Source: an uncultured Hydrogenophaga sp.
GTDB taxonomy: Bacteria > Pseudomonadota > Gammaproteobacteria > Burkholderiales > Burkholderiaceae_C
Reading direction: 5' to 3'
NCBI GenBank assembly: GCA_964650505.1
Contig: CAZYUD010000009.1
Span: forward strand, 10,335 to 74,334
Length of the DNA stretch: 64,000 bases
Part shown: positions 21,838 to 31,301 of the stretch, one piece after another
Layout of the letters: each line of letters opens with the position of its first letter
Numbering within the stretch: the first letter of the stretch is position 1
Notes under the pieces: generated by a model
What the model saw: the letters and a program-made list of their open reading frames with translations, nothing else
The model's database searches: none
Told to the model about the DNA's origin: nothing
Made by a program: the position numbers and the translations under genes

Positions 21838-23745
21838 ATGATTCACATCACGCTTCCCGACGGTTCTCAGCGCCAGTTTCCCGGCCCGGTCACGGTGGCC
21901 GACGTCGCCGCATCGATCGGCACCGGTTTGGCCAAAGCCGCCTTGGGCGGTAAGGTCAACGGCAAGCTGGTGGACACCAGTTACCAGATCACCGAAGACG
22001 CGTCGCTGGCCATCGTCACCGCCAAAGACGCCGACGGACTGGACATGATCCGCCACTCCACCGCCCACCTGCTGGCCTATGCCGTCAAAGAGCTGTTTCC
22101 CGACGCGCAGGTCACCATCGGGCCAGTGATTGAGCACGGCTTTTATTACGACTTCTCGTACAAGCGCCCCTTCACGCCTGAGGACTTGAGCGCCATCGAA
22201 AAAAAGATGGCCGAGCTGGCCGCCAAAGACGAAGCGGTGGTGCGCCGGGTCTTGCCACGCGATGAAGCGGTGGCGCATTTCAAAGGCATGGGCGAACACT
22301 ACAAGGCCGAAATCATCGCCAGCATCCCGGCCAACGAAGACGTGAGCCTCTACCGCGAAGGCGGTTTTGAAGACCTCTGCCGTGGCCCCCATGTGCCGAG
22401 CACCGGCAAGCTCAAACACTTCAAGTTGATGAAAGTGGCCGGTGCCTACTGGCGCGGCGACAGCAACAACGAAATGCTGCAGCGCATTTACGGCACCGCT
22501 TGGGCCAGCAAAGAAGAGCTGCAGCAGTACCTCACCATGCTGGAAGAGGCCGAAAAGCGCGACCACCGAAAACTCGGCCGCGAGCTCGACCTGTTCCACA
22601 TCGACGAATACTCGCCCGGCACCGTGTTCTGGCACCCCAAGGGCTGGACCGTGTGGCAAGAGGTGGAGCAGTACATGCGCCGCGTCTACCGCGACAACGG
22701 CTACCAAGAGGTCAAGGGCCCGCAGATCTTGGACAAGACCCTGTGGGAAAAAACCGGCCATTGGGACAAGTACCGCGAGAACATGTTCACCACCGAATCG
22801 GAAAAGCGCGATTACGCGTTGAAGCCGATGAACTGCCCGGGCCACATCCTGATTTACAAGCAGGGCATCAAGAGCTACCGCGATCTGCCGTTGCGCTACG
22901 GCGAGTTCGGCCAGTGCCACCGCAACGAGCCCAGTGGCGGCCTGCACGGCATCATGCGGGTGCGCGGCTTTGTGCAGGACGATGGTCACATTTTCTGCAC
23001 CGAAGACCAGATCCAGGCCGAGGTGCAGGCCTTCACCACGCTGCTGCAAAAGGTCTACAAAGACTTTGGCTTCACCGACATCATTTACAAGCTCTCGACC
23101 CGCCCCGAAAAACGCATCGGCACCGAAGAAAGCTGGGACAAGGCCGAGCACGCGCTGGCCGAAGGCTTGCGCGCCTCGGGTTGCGAATTTGAGTACCTGC
23201 CGGGCGAGGGCGCCTTCTACGGCCCCAAGATCGAATACACCCTTAAAGACGCGCTGGGCCGTCCTTGGCAGTGCGGCACCATCCAAGTCGACCCCAATCT
23301 GCCCGAGCGCCTGGACGCGGAATACGTGGGTGAGGACGGCAACCGCCACCGCCCCGTCATGCTGCACCGCGCCATCGTCGGCAGCTTGGAGCGTTTTATC
23401 GGCATTTTGATCGAGCAACACGCTGGCGCGCTGCCGGCTTGGCTGGCGCCGGTGCAGGTGTCGGTGCTCAATATCACCGACGCGCAGTCCGATTACTGTC
23501 GGGAAATCGCCAAAACGCTGAAAAATCAAGGGCTTAGGGTCGATCTGGATCTGCGCAACGAGAAAATCACGTATAAAATACGTGAGCATGCAATGCAAAA
23601 GCTGCCTTACATCCTGGTTGTGGGCGACAAGGAAAAGGCGGCTGGCGCGGTGGCGGTGCGTGCCCGGGGCAACAAAGACCTGGGCGTGATGCCACTGCAA
23701 GCCTTCCTCGATCAGGTGATGGCCGACGTGAACAACCGCGTCTGA
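21838..23745 (+). CDS. thrS: Threonine--tRNA ligase
   Basis: [28 protein letters not shown]... A TGS domain, the class II core ([18 protein letters not shown]) and an anticodon-binding domain. Confidence 0.95.
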   Translation: MIHITLPDGSQRQFPGPVTVADVAASIGTGLAKAALGGKVNGKLVDTSYQITEDASLAIVTAKDADGLDMIRHSTAHLLAYAVKELFPDAQVTIGPVIEHGFYYDFSYKRPFTPEDLSAIEKKMAELAAKDEAVVRRVLPRDEAVAHFKGMGEHYKAEIIASIPANEDVSLYREGGFEDLCRGPHVPSTGKLKHFKLMKVAGAYWRGDSNNEMLQRIYGTAWASKEELQQYLTMLEEAEKRDHRKLGRELDLFHIDEYSPGTVFWHPKGWTVWQEVEQYMRRVYRDNGYQEVKGPQILDKTLWEKTGHWDKYRENMFTTESEKRDYALKPMNCPGHILIYKQGIKSYRDLPLRYGEFGQCHRNEPSGGLHGIMRVRGFVQDDGHIFCTEDQIQAEVQAFTTLLQKVYKDFGFTDIIYKLSTRPEKRIGTEESWDKAEHALAEGLRASGCEFEYLPGEGAFYGPKIEYTLKDALGRPWQCGTIQVDPNLPERLDAEYVGEDGNRHRPVMLHRAIVGSLERFIGILIEQHAGALPAWLAPVQVSVLNITDAQSDYCREIAKTLKNQGLRVDLDLRNEKITYKIREHAMQKLPYILVVGDKEKAAGAVAVRARGNKDLGVMPLQAFLDQVMADVNNRV

Positions 23746-23835
23746 GTCCCTGTTTGGTGTGACCGCTTTGCATGAAAACCCGGCTGTGGCCGGGTTTGTT
23801 TCATTTTGTTGTCCGCCCGCACAAAGGAAAGCACC

Positions 23836-24438
23836 ATCGCTACGAACTTTCGTGACCGTCGCCAACGCGAAGAGCGCGCGCACCGTCTGAACCGCGAAAT
23901 CATGGCCCCTGAGGTTCGCCTCAATGGTCCGGAAAACGAGCCGCTGGGCATCGTCAGCCTGCAGGAAGCCCTGCGCATGGCCGGCGATCTCGATGTGGAC
24001 TTGGTGGAAATTGCCGCCACCGCCAACCCGCCTGTGTGCCGGTTGATGGACTACGGCAAGTTCAAATACCAGGAACAGAAAAAAGCGGCCGAGGCCAAAG
24101 CCAAGCAGACGGTCATTGAGATCAAGGAAATCAAATTCCGTCCGGGCACGGACGAGGGCGATTACCAGATCAAGATGCGCAACATCCGCCGCTTTCTGGA
24201 AGACGGTGACAAGTGCAAGGTGACCTTGCGTTTCCGTGGGCGTGAGATCACGCACCAAGAGCTGGGTCTGGCGCTGCTCAACCGCATCCGCGACGACTTG
24301 GCCGACACGATTGTGGTGGAGCAGTTCCCCAAGCTCGAAGGCCGGCAAATGATCATGATGATCGCGCCGGGCCGCAAAAAGCCGGGGGCGGCACCCGCCA
24401 AACCGGCGGCTGATGCGGCCACCAGCTCCGCTGCCTGA
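23836..24438 (+). CDS. infC: Translation initiation factor IF-3, probable non-AUG (AUC) start
   Basis: [40 protein letters not shown]... aligns with E. coli IF3 from residue 11. No in-frame ATG precedes the conserved block. An ATC at 23836 lies 6 nt after GGAAAG. Confidence 0.8.
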   Translation: MATNFRDRRQREERAHRLNREIMAPEVRLNGPENEPLGIVSLQEALRMAGDLDVDLVEIAATANPPVCRLMDYGKFKYQEQKKAAEAKAKQTVIEIKEIKFRPGTDEGDYQIKMRNIRRFLEDGDKCKVTLRFRGREITHQELGLALLNRIRDDLADTIVVEQFPKLEGRQMIMMIAPGRKKPGAAPAKPAADAATSSAA

Positions 24439-24629
24439 TTGCAGGCGAGGGAGAAGAACCAGATGGTCGGGTTGGTCCCCGACCGTCGGGGGCACTTGAG
24501 AGGCTTCGGCTTGTCGGGTGTTCAGCGAGCGGGGCCCTTGTGGCGCCGTTCTAAAAAGTGGCTCGGGGCCAGCAAGTCCGCGGAAGGTTCGCGGCGCCTC
24601 ACGAGCACAAATGAAAAAGGAGCATGAGA

Positions 24630-24833
24630 ATGCCCAAAATGAAGACCAAGAGCAGCGCGAAAAAGCGTTTTCGCGTTCGTCCGGGTGGCACCGTCAAGCG
24701 CGGTCAAGCCTTCAAACGTCACATCCTGACCAAGAAGACCACCAAGAACAAGCGCCACCTGCGCGGTGCGGTGACTGTCCATGAGACCAATATGGGTCAC
24801 ATGGCTCAGATGCTGCCCATGGCTGGCCTGTAA
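24630..24833 (+). CDS. rpmI: 50S ribosomal protein L35
   Basis: [39 protein letters not shown]... Confidence 0.95.
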   Translation: MPKMKTKSSAKKRFRVRPGGTVKRGQAFKRHILTKKTTKNKRHLRGAVTVHETNMGHMAQMLPMAGL

Positions 24834-24858
24834 TCACCGACGAACAAGGAGAACACAC

Positions 24859-25218
24859 ATGCCTCGCGTCAAACGTGGTGTCACGGCTCGCGCCCGACAC
24901 AAAAAAGTTCTGGCTCTGGCCAAAGGTTTCCGCGGCCGCCGCGGCAACGTCTTCCGCATCGCCAAACAGGCGGTGATGAAGGCTGGTCAGTACGCTTACC
25001 GCGATCGCCGCACCAAGAAACGCGTGTTCCGCCAACTGTGGATCGCCCGTATCAACGCTGGTGCACGCGCTTGTGGCCTGACGTACAGCCAGTTCGCCAA
25101 CGGCCTGAAGAAAGCCCAGATCGCCATCGACCGCAAGGTCTTGGCCGATCTCGCCGTCCATGACGTCGCGGCTTTCAACAGCATCGTGGAACAAGTCAAA
25201 GCCAAGCTGGCCGCTTGA
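24859..25218 (+). CDS. rplT: 50S ribosomal protein L20
   Basis: [51 protein letters not shown]... Confidence 0.95.
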   Translation: MPRVKRGVTARARHKKVLALAKGFRGRRGNVFRIAKQAVMKAGQYAYRDRRTKKRVFRQLWIARINAGARACGLTYSQFANGLKKAQIAIDRKVLADLAVHDVAAFNSIVEQVKAKLAA

Positions 25219-25272
25219 TTCACGGCGCCGTCCGGGTGACCTGGTGTCGCCCGGGCAGGTCGGTCGCTCTGA

Positions 25273-25319
25273 GGGGCTGAATGCAGGCGCGTAGCGCCCC
25301 GCCGTTCAGCCCTTTTTTT
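25273..25319 (+). terminator. rplT terminator / pheST leader attenuator hairpin
   Basis: Outer stem GGGGCTGAA / TTCAGCCC with an inner GGCGC-GTA-GCGCC hairpin, then a T7 run. It lies between rplT and pheS. Confidence 0.6.
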
Positions 25320-25340
25320 CTGCACACAACGCCACATTCC

Positions 25341-26393
25341 ATGAACGAGTTGGACACCCTGGTCAGCGGCGCACAAGCGGCGTTTGCCGCCGCCGCCACC
25401 CCCGCCGATCTTGAGAACGCCAAGGCCCAGTTTTTGGGCAAGTCCGGGCGCGTCACCGAGCTGATGAAGGGCATGGCCGCGCTCTCGGTGGACGAAAAAA
25501 AGACCCGGGGTGCGGCCATCAACGTCGCCAAACAAGCGATTGAGGCCGCGCTCACCGAACGCCGCCAAGCCCTGGCCGATGCCGAGTTGCAGGCCCAGCT
25601 CAAGGCCGAGGCGCTGGACGTGACCCTGCCAGGCCGCCAGCGCGGGCAGGGCGGTTTGCACCCGGTGAGCTTGACGCTCGAGCGCATCGAGGCGATTTTT
25701 GGCTCGATGGGTTTTGAGGTGGCTGAGGGCCCCGAGATCGAGTCCGACTGGTTCAACTTCACCGCACTGAACACGCCCGAGGACCACCCGGCGCGTTCGA
25801 TGCACGACACCTTTTATGTGGAAGGTGGCAGCGCCAAGCAGCCCAATCTGCTGCGCACCCATACCAGCCCAATGCAAATCCGCCATGCGGTGCAGCATGT
25901 CAAGCGCCACCGCGCCGCCATCGACAGTGGTGCCGGCATGCCGGAAATTCGGGTGATTGCGCCGGGCCGCACCTACCGGGTGGACAGCGACGCCACCCAC
26001 TCGCCCATGTTCCACCAGTGCGAAGGCCTGTGGATTGGCGAGAACGTGAGCTTCAAAGACTTGAAGGTCGTGTTCACCGATTTCTGCCGCACCTTCTTTG
26101 AGAGCGACGACTTGGTGCTGCGCTTTCGCCCGAGCTTTTTCCCCTTCACCGAGCCCAGCGCCGAGATCGACATCCAGTTCCAGAGCGGCCCGCTGGCGGG
26201 GCGTTGGCTGGAAGTCGCCGGCTCGGGGCAGGTGCATCCGAACGTGGTGTGCAACATGGGGCTGGACCCTGAGCGCTACATCGGTTTTGCCTTTGGCATG
26301 GGGCCGGACCGCCTGACCATGTTGCGTTATGGCGTGAACGACCTGCGCCTGTTCTTTGATGGCGATATCCGTTTCCTGAGTCAGTTCAAGTAA
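25341..26393 (+). CDS. pheS: Phenylalanine--tRNA ligase alpha subunit
   Basis: [38 protein letters not shown]... A class II core with [14 protein letters not shown]. Confidence 0.95.
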   Translation: MNELDTLVSGAQAAFAAAATPADLENAKAQFLGKSGRVTELMKGMAALSVDEKKTRGAAINVAKQAIEAALTERRQALADAELQAQLKAEALDVTLPGRQRGQGGLHPVSLTLERIEAIFGSMGFEVAEGPEIESDWFNFTALNTPEDHPARSMHDTFYVEGGSAKQPNLLRTHTSPMQIRHAVQHVKRHRAAIDSGAGMPEIRVIAPGRTYRVDSDATHSPMFHQCEGLWIGENVSFKDLKVVFTDFCRTFFESDDLVLRFRPSFFPFTEPSAEIDIQFQSGPLAGRWLEVAGSGQVHPNVVCNMGLDPERYIGFAFGMGPDRLTMLRYGVNDLRLFFDGDIRFLSQFK

Positions 26394-26414
26394 TCCCCCC
26401 GCACGGAATGAACA

Positions 26415-26488
26415 TCCCCCCGCGCCGCTTCGCGTCACCCCCCAGGGGGCAACACCTGCAGCCCGGCAAAGCCGGTTCTGCGGTGTTC
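26415..26488 (+). repeat. Structured intergenic repeat, copy 1 (GC-rich triple-hairpin element)
   Basis: CCCCCCGCGCCGCTTCGCGTCACCCCCCAGGGGGC...CCGGCAAAGCCGG...CTGCGGTG. It begins 22 nt after the pheS stop. It shares the core with copies at 40964, 43808 and 46208. Confidence 0.7.
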
Positions 26489-26528
26489 CGGACGAAAGCC
26501 ATTGTCGTGCCACGTACTGAGTCCTTAC

Positions 26529-28949
26529 ATGCAATTCCCTGAATCCTGGCTGCGCGCCTTTTGCAACCCACCCCTGAGCAGCCAACAGTTGGCCGACACC
26601 TTGACCATGGCGGGTCTGGAGGTGGAAGAGCTGCAGCCGGTGGCGCCCGCGTTCACCGGTGTGGTGGTGGGGCAGATCCTGAGTGCCGAACAGCACCCCA
26701 ACGCCGACCGCCTGCGCGTGTGCCAAGTGGACGTGGGGCAGGGCGCGCCCTTGAACATTGTGTGCGGCGCCCCGAACGCGCGCGCTGGCATCAAAGTGCC
26801 CTGCGCCACCGTGGGTGCCTTGTTGCCGCCGGGCGAGGACGGCAAGCCCTTTGCCATCAAGCTCGGCAAGCTGCGCGGCGTGGAGAGCCAGGGCATGTTG
26901 TGCTCGGCCAAAGAGCTGCAGGTGTCGGAAGAAGGCAGCGGTCTGCTGGAGCTGGCCGATGATGCGGTGGTCGGCCGCAACATCCGCGAGCAACTGGGCT
27001 TGGACGACATGCTGTTCACCTTGAAGCTCACGCCCAATTTGGCCCATTGCCTGAGCGTGTATGGCATTGCGCGCGAGGTGTCGGCGCTGACCGGTGCGCC
27101 GCTGCAGCAGCCCACTTTTGCAACGGTGCCAGTGGCGGTATCCGATCGGCTGGCGGTGGATGTGCAAGCGCCCGACCTGTGCGGCCGTTTCAGCGGCCGG
27201 GTGGTGCGTGGTGTGAACACCCAAGTCAAGACCCCGGCCTGGATGGTGGAGCGGCTGGCGCGCTGTGGCCAGCGCAGCGTCTCGCCGCTGGTGGACATTT
27301 CCAACTACGTGATGTTCGAGTTGGGCCGCCCATCGCACATTTTTGACCTCGACAAGATCCACGGCGGTCTGCAGGTGCGCTGGGGCCGCGCCGGTGAACA
27401 GCTCAAGCTGCTCAATGGCAACACCATTGCCGTGGACGCGGAGGTTGGCGTGATCGCCGATGACCATCAGGTCGAGTCGCTGGCCGGCATCATGGGCGGC
27501 GACGCCACCGCCGTGTCGGACGACACGCAGAACATCTTCATCGAAGCCGCTTTCTGGTGGCCCAAAGCCATTGCCGGCCGTTCGCGCCGCTACAACTTCA
27601 GCACCGACGCCGGTCACCGCTTCGAGCGTGGCGTGGACCCTGCCACCACAGTGGAACATGTGGAGCGCATCACCGCATTGGTGTTGGAGATTTGTGGTGG
27701 CCAGGCGGGCCCGATCGACGACCAAACCCTGGTCTTGCCCGACGGCAAACCGGTGAGCCTGCGGGTGGCGCGCGCGGCCAAGGTGATTGGCATGCCGCTG
27801 ACCCAAGCCCAGTGCGCCGACGCCCTGAAGCGCCTGGGCCTGAGCGTGACCGAAGGCGAAGGCACGGTGACGGTGGCGCCGCCAAGCTTCCGCTTTGACC
27901 TGCAGATCGAAGAAGACCTGATCGAAGAGGTGGCGCGGGTCATCGGTTACGAGCAGCTGCCGACCACACCGCCGTTGGCGCCGATCACGCCGAAGCTGCG
28001 CGCTGAGGCCAAGCGTGGTCCGTTTGCGGTGCGCCGGCAACTGGCGCAGCTGGGCTATCTGGAAACCATCAATTTCAGCTTTGTCGACGAACGCTGGGAG
28101 CGTGAGTTGGCGGGCAATGCCGACCCCATCAAACTGCTCAACCCCATCGCGAGCCAGATGAGCGTGATGCGCTCTTCGCTGCTGGGCAGCTTGGTGTCGG
28201 TGCTCAAGTTCAACATCGACCGCAAGGCGCCGCGTGTGCGCCTGTTCGAGCTGGGCCGGGTGTTCCACAAAGACGCCAGCGTGGTCGACAGCGACACCAG
28301 CGTGGCTGGCTTTGCCCAGCCCATGCGGGTGGCCGGTTTGGCCTGGGGCGGCGTGGACACGCTGCAGTGGTCGGGCGACAAGCGCAGCGCCGACTTCTTT
28401 GACATCAAAGGCGATGTGGAGGCCTTGCTGGCGCCCCGCCAAGCCCGTTTTGTAGCCGCCGAGCACCCCGCCATGCACCCGGGCCGCTGTGCCGCCGTGT
28501 GGCTCGACGAGGTGTGCATTGGCCACGTGGGCGAGCTGCACCCGCGCTGGCGCCAGGGCTACGAGCTGCCCAGCGCACCGGTGATGTTTGAGCTGTCGCT
28601 CGACGCGGTGCTGGCCAAAGGCCTACCGACTTTCAGTGGCGTGAGCCGCCACCAGCCGGTGGAGCGCGACCTGGCCGTGGTGGTGCAAGAGGCGGTGTCG
28701 CACGATGCCGTCATGCAAGCGGTGCGCGACGGTGCGGCCGCTTCGGGGCTGCTCAAAGACGTGGTGCTGTTTGACGTCTACCGCCCCAAGACCGACGGCA
28801 TGGGTGGCGTGGCCAGTGGTGAAAAAAGCCTGGCCATTCGCCTGCACTTGCACGCCGCCGACGCGACCTTGCAAGACGAACAGATTGACCAAGTGATACA
28901 CGCGGTGTTGGCCAGCTTGGCCGAACGCGTACAGGCCCGACTGCGCTAA
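26529..28949 (+). CDS. pheT: Phenylalanine--tRNA ligase beta subunit
   Basis: MQFPESWLRAFCNPPLSSQQLADTLTMAGLEVEE... tRNA-binding, B3/4, B5 and FDX-ACB domains. It is 806 aa. Confidence 0.95.
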   Translation: MQFPESWLRAFCNPPLSSQQLADTLTMAGLEVEELQPVAPAFTGVVVGQILSAEQHPNADRLRVCQVDVGQGAPLNIVCGAPNARAGIKVPCATVGALLPPGEDGKPFAIKLGKLRGVESQGMLCSAKELQVSEEGSGLLELADDAVVGRNIREQLGLDDMLFTLKLTPNLAHCLSVYGIAREVSALTGAPLQQPTFATVPVAVSDRLAVDVQAPDLCGRFSGRVVRGVNTQVKTPAWMVERLARCGQRSVSPLVDISNYVMFELGRPSHIFDLDKIHGGLQVRWGRAGEQLKLLNGNTIAVDAEVGVIADDHQVESLAGIMGGDATAVSDDTQNIFIEAAFWWPKAIAGRSRRYNFSTDAGHRFERGVDPATTVEHVERITALVLEICGGQAGPIDDQTLVLPDGKPVSLRVARAAKVIGMPLTQAQCADALKRLGLSVTEGEGTVTVAPPSFRFDLQIEEDLIEEVARVIGYEQLPTTPPLAPITPKLRAEAKRGPFAVRRQLAQLGYLETINFSFVDERWERELAGNADPIKLLNPIASQMSVMRSSLLGSLVSVLKFNIDRKAPRVRLFELGRVFHKDASVVDSDTSVAGFAQPMRVAGLAWGGVDTLQWSGDKRSADFFDIKGDVEALLAPRQARFVAAEHPAMHPGRCAAVWLDEVCIGHVGELHPRWRQGYELPSAPVMFELSLDAVLAKGLPTFSGVSRHQPVERDLAVVVQEAVSHDAVMQAVRDGAAASGLLKDVVLFDVYRPKTDGMGGVASGEKSLAIRLHLHAADATLQDEQIDQVIHAVLASLAERVQARLR

Positions 28950-28953
28950 GGAC

Positions 28954-29283
28954 ATGACCATGGATTTCGCCGTTGACAGCCTGGAAACCCCAGCGCTCAC
29001 CAAAGCCCAGCTCGCCGACATGCTGTTTGATCAGATTGGTCTGAACAAACGCGAGTCCAAAGACATGGTCGATGCGTTTTTTGATCTCATCACCCACAGC
29101 CTGGTCGAAGGCCAAGACGTCAAGATCTCGGGTTTTGGCAACTTTCAAATCCGCACCAAAGCGCCGCGCCCGGGCCGCAACCCCCGCACGGGTGAGCCGG
29201 TGGCGATTGAAGCGCGGCGGGTGGTGACTTTCCACGCCAGCCCCAAGCTCAAGGAGCAGGTGCAAAGTGGTGAGCTTGCTTAA
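28954..29283 (+). CDS. ihfA: Integration host factor alpha subunit
   Basis: LTKAQLADMLFDQIGLNKRESKDMVDAFFDLITHSLVEGQDVKISGFGNFQIRTKAPRPGRNPRTGEPVAIEARRVVTF... The position after pheT is canonical. Confidence 0.9.
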   Translation: MTMDFAVDSLETPALTKAQLADMLFDQIGLNKRESKDMVDAFFDLITHSLVEGQDVKISGFGNFQIRTKAPRPGRNPRTGEPVAIEARRVVTFHASPKLKEQVQSGELA

Positions 29284-29375
29284 GGGCGCCGAGTGAAACC
29301 CCGATGTGTCACTGCCTTTGCTGAAAAAGCCATTGTGCAGTAAAGTCTTAGGCTGTTCTTTTCACGTACGGTCAC

Positions 29376-29774
29376 ATGGACAATGGTCTGCCAAGCATCC
29401 CGGTCAAACGCTACTTCACCATCGGTGAGGTAGGCGACCTCTGTGGTGTCAAACCCCATGTGCTGCGTTACTGGGAGCAGGAGTTCACTCAGCTGCGCCC
29501 CATGAAACGGCGTGGCAATCGCCGCTATTACCAGCACCATGAGGTGTTGATGATCCGCCGCATCCGCGAGCTGCTGTACGAGCAGGGCTTCACCATCAGT
29601 GGCGCACGCAACAAGTTGCAGGAGATCGCTGCACACGAACGCGGGCAGCGCCGCGACGATGCGCCTGTGGCTGTGCCATCGACCGTGGCCTTGCCCCCGT
29701 TGTCACTGGCCGAGGGCGCTGCGGTGGACCTGCGCAGTGAGCTGGCCAAGATTCGCGAGCTGCTCGTTTTTTGA
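29376..29774 (+). CDS. MerR-family transcriptional regulator
   Basis: YFTIGEVGDLCGVKPHVLRYWEQEFTQLRPMKRRGNRRYY is a MerR HTH. A conserved MerR-like gene follows ihfA in Betaproteobacteria. Confidence 0.85.
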   Translation: MDNGLPSIPVKRYFTIGEVGDLCGVKPHVLRYWEQEFTQLRPMKRRGNRRYYQHHEVLMIRRIRELLYEQGFTISGARNKLQEIAAHERGQRRDDAPVAVPSTVALPPLSLAEGAAVDLRSELAKIRELLVF

Positions 29775-29805
29775 GACTCAAAAGCAGGCTATAATTGTGG
29801 TCTTG

Positions 29806-29883
29806 TCGGCGTGTAGCGCAGCCTGGTAGCGCACTTGCATGGGGTGCAAGGGGTCGCGAGTTCGAATCCCGCCACGCCGACCA
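29806..29883 (+). tRNA. tRNA-Pro (anticodon GGG)
   Basis: Acceptor stem CGGCGTG/CACGCCG. D-arm GCGC-AGCCTGGTA-GCGC. Anticodon stem CTTGC/GCAAG with loop ATGGGGT, giving anticodon GGG. T-loop TTCGAAT, and a 3' ACCA. TATAAT at 29790-29795 sits upstream. Confidence 0.85.
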
Positions 29884-29898
29884 TTTATACCGAACAAC

Positions 29899-29932
29899 GG
29901 CCCACAAACTCAGAGTTTGTGGGCCGTTTTTT
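29899..29932. terminator. Rho-independent terminator after tRNA-Pro, convergent with the minus-strand operon
   Basis: 12-bp stem GGCCCACAAACT / AGTTTGTGGGCC, loop CAG, then T7. Confidence 0.8.
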
Positions 29933-29948
29933 TATGGTGTTGTGCGAC

Positions 29949-31283
29949 TCAGCGCGCGTAGGGCGGCACCGCGGCAATGGCCGCCCAGTTCGCTTCAATC
30001 ACGCCACGCAGCGCAGCGCTGGGCACACGGGCGGGATCGCCCAAAAACTCCAGGGTGCGTTTTTGGTTGCGCGAGAAGTGCACCGCCAGCCGCAGCGACG
30101 CGGCGGCGGTGTTGGCCTCGTTGGTCTCGGCCATGAGTTCGGCGAGGTTGCTCCAGGCGTTGGTTCGGGTAGGGGCCATCAGCAAAGCGGTGACCAGGTT
30201 CTGCTGCGCGCTGTCGTGGCGGCCCAGGCGCAGCTCGGCAAAGCCCAGGTTGTTGCGGATTTCGGCGTCGTTGGCGTTGGACTGCACGCCCATCTCAAAC
30301 AGGCCGTGGGCCGCGACCCAGTCGCCTTGGTTGATGAGGTCGAGCCCGCCTTGGTTGAAGGCGCGGGCGGTGGCTTTGTCTTTCACCAAATGGGTTTGGG
30401 GCCGCTTCTCGCGCAGCAGGGCTCGCACGCCGGCCCAGTCGTCGGTGGCGGCCATGCGCAGCAGGGCGTTGAGATCGTCGGTGTTGAGCACCACGGCCGA
30501 GGTGGTCTGGCTGTCGCTGATGGGCGGAGGTGCTTGCAGCTGCGCCACACCCGAGCGGGTGAGCGCGCTGGCGGTGTCGCTGGACAGGCTCGGTGTGTCG
30601 AGGGCTTGCACCAACAGATAGCCACCCAAGCCGAGCGCCGCGCCCACCAGCCACCAAGCCCAGGAAGAAGAGGCTTTGGGGGAGGGCTCTGCGGCTGCTG
30701 TGTGGGCTTGTTCTAAGGGCGGCTCGTCGGCGCTGGGCTCGGGCAGCTGGCGCACGCCCCAGATTTCGGCCAAGGGCTGACCACGGTGCACGGTGTCGCC
30801 CACCTTGACCAGCAGGGCGCGGACCTGGCCGTCGCAGTCGCTGGGTATCTCAAAAATGAAGTCGTCGGTCTCTAAACACACCACGGCTTGGTCTGCCGTG
30901 ACGGAGTCGCCCACTTGCACCATCACTGCGGAGACCAGCGCTTCGGTGGCGTCACCAAAATCGGACAGGGCAACGGTGTGCAGGGCGGCGCTGGGCGCTG
31001 GTGCCGCTGGGTCTGCCGCGCCCAGTGCCGGCGCGGCCTCGTATACGGGGGTGACAGGGGCGTCCGCTGCTGCGGGTGAGGCCACAGCGGCCACTGGCTC
31101 TATGGGGACGGGTGCCGGTGCAGGTGCGTGTGCGGCGGCCTCAGGCACGAGCGCGGGTGTGGGTGCGGGGGGCGCAATGGGGCTGGCCTCGGCGGTGTCT
31201 CCAGAGTTGGGCACCACTGTGCCGCATTGGATGCACACCCGTGCGGTGTGGCGCAGCGTGGCGCCGCAATGGCTGCAAAGCAT
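29949..31283 (-). CDS. Gene F of the novel operon: zinc-ribbon / lipoyl-like barrel / TM / TPR protein (444 aa)
   Basis: An N-terminal CxxC-x11-CxxC zinc ribbon (CSHCGATLRHTARVCIQCG) and a Pro/Ala-rich linker. A biotinyl/lipoyl-like segment follows (VMVQVGDSVTADQAVVCLETDDFIFEIPSDCDGQVRALLVKVGDTVHRGQPLAEI). One TM helix (WAWWLVGAALGLGGYLLV) precedes C-terminal TPR-like repeats. It starts 18 nt after the gene E stop. Confidence 0.6.
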   Translation of the reverse strand: MLCSHCGATLRHTARVCIQCGTVVPNSGDTAEASPIAPPAPTPALVPEAAAHAPAPAPVPIEPVAAVASPAAADAPVTPVYEAAPALGAADPAAPAPSAALHTVALSDFGDATEALVSAVMVQVGDSVTADQAVVCLETDDFIFEIPSDCDGQVRALLVKVGDTVHRGQPLAEIWGVRQLPEPSADEPPLEQAHTAAAEPSPKASSSWAWWLVGAALGLGGYLLVQALDTPSLSSDTASALTRSGVAQLQAPPPISDSQTTSAVVLNTDDLNALLRMAATDDWAGVRALLREKRPQTHLVKDKATARAFNQGGLDLINQGDWVAAHGLFEMGVQSNANDAEIRNNLGFAELRLGRHDSAQQNLVTALLMAPTRTNAWSNLAELMAETNEANTAAASLRLAVHFSRNQKRTLEFLGDPARVPSAALRGVIEANWAAIAAVPPYAR

Positions 31284-31301
31284 GTGGGGGTTCCGGGTGG
31301 C

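Noticed and set aside
21796-24495. 899-aa minus-strand ORF antisense to thrS/infC. The pattern is the same for 24996-28541 (1181 aa antisense to pheST), 37397-41359 (1320 aa antisense to fadB/thiolase), 52017-54767 (antisense to tex), 11611-13416, 16275-17771, 4717-5946 and 8314-9756.
   Set aside because: Long stop-free antisense frames are expected in 65-70% GC DNA. The translations are low complexity (Arg/Ala/Gly/His rich) with no motifs. The sense strand encodes highly conserved proteins.
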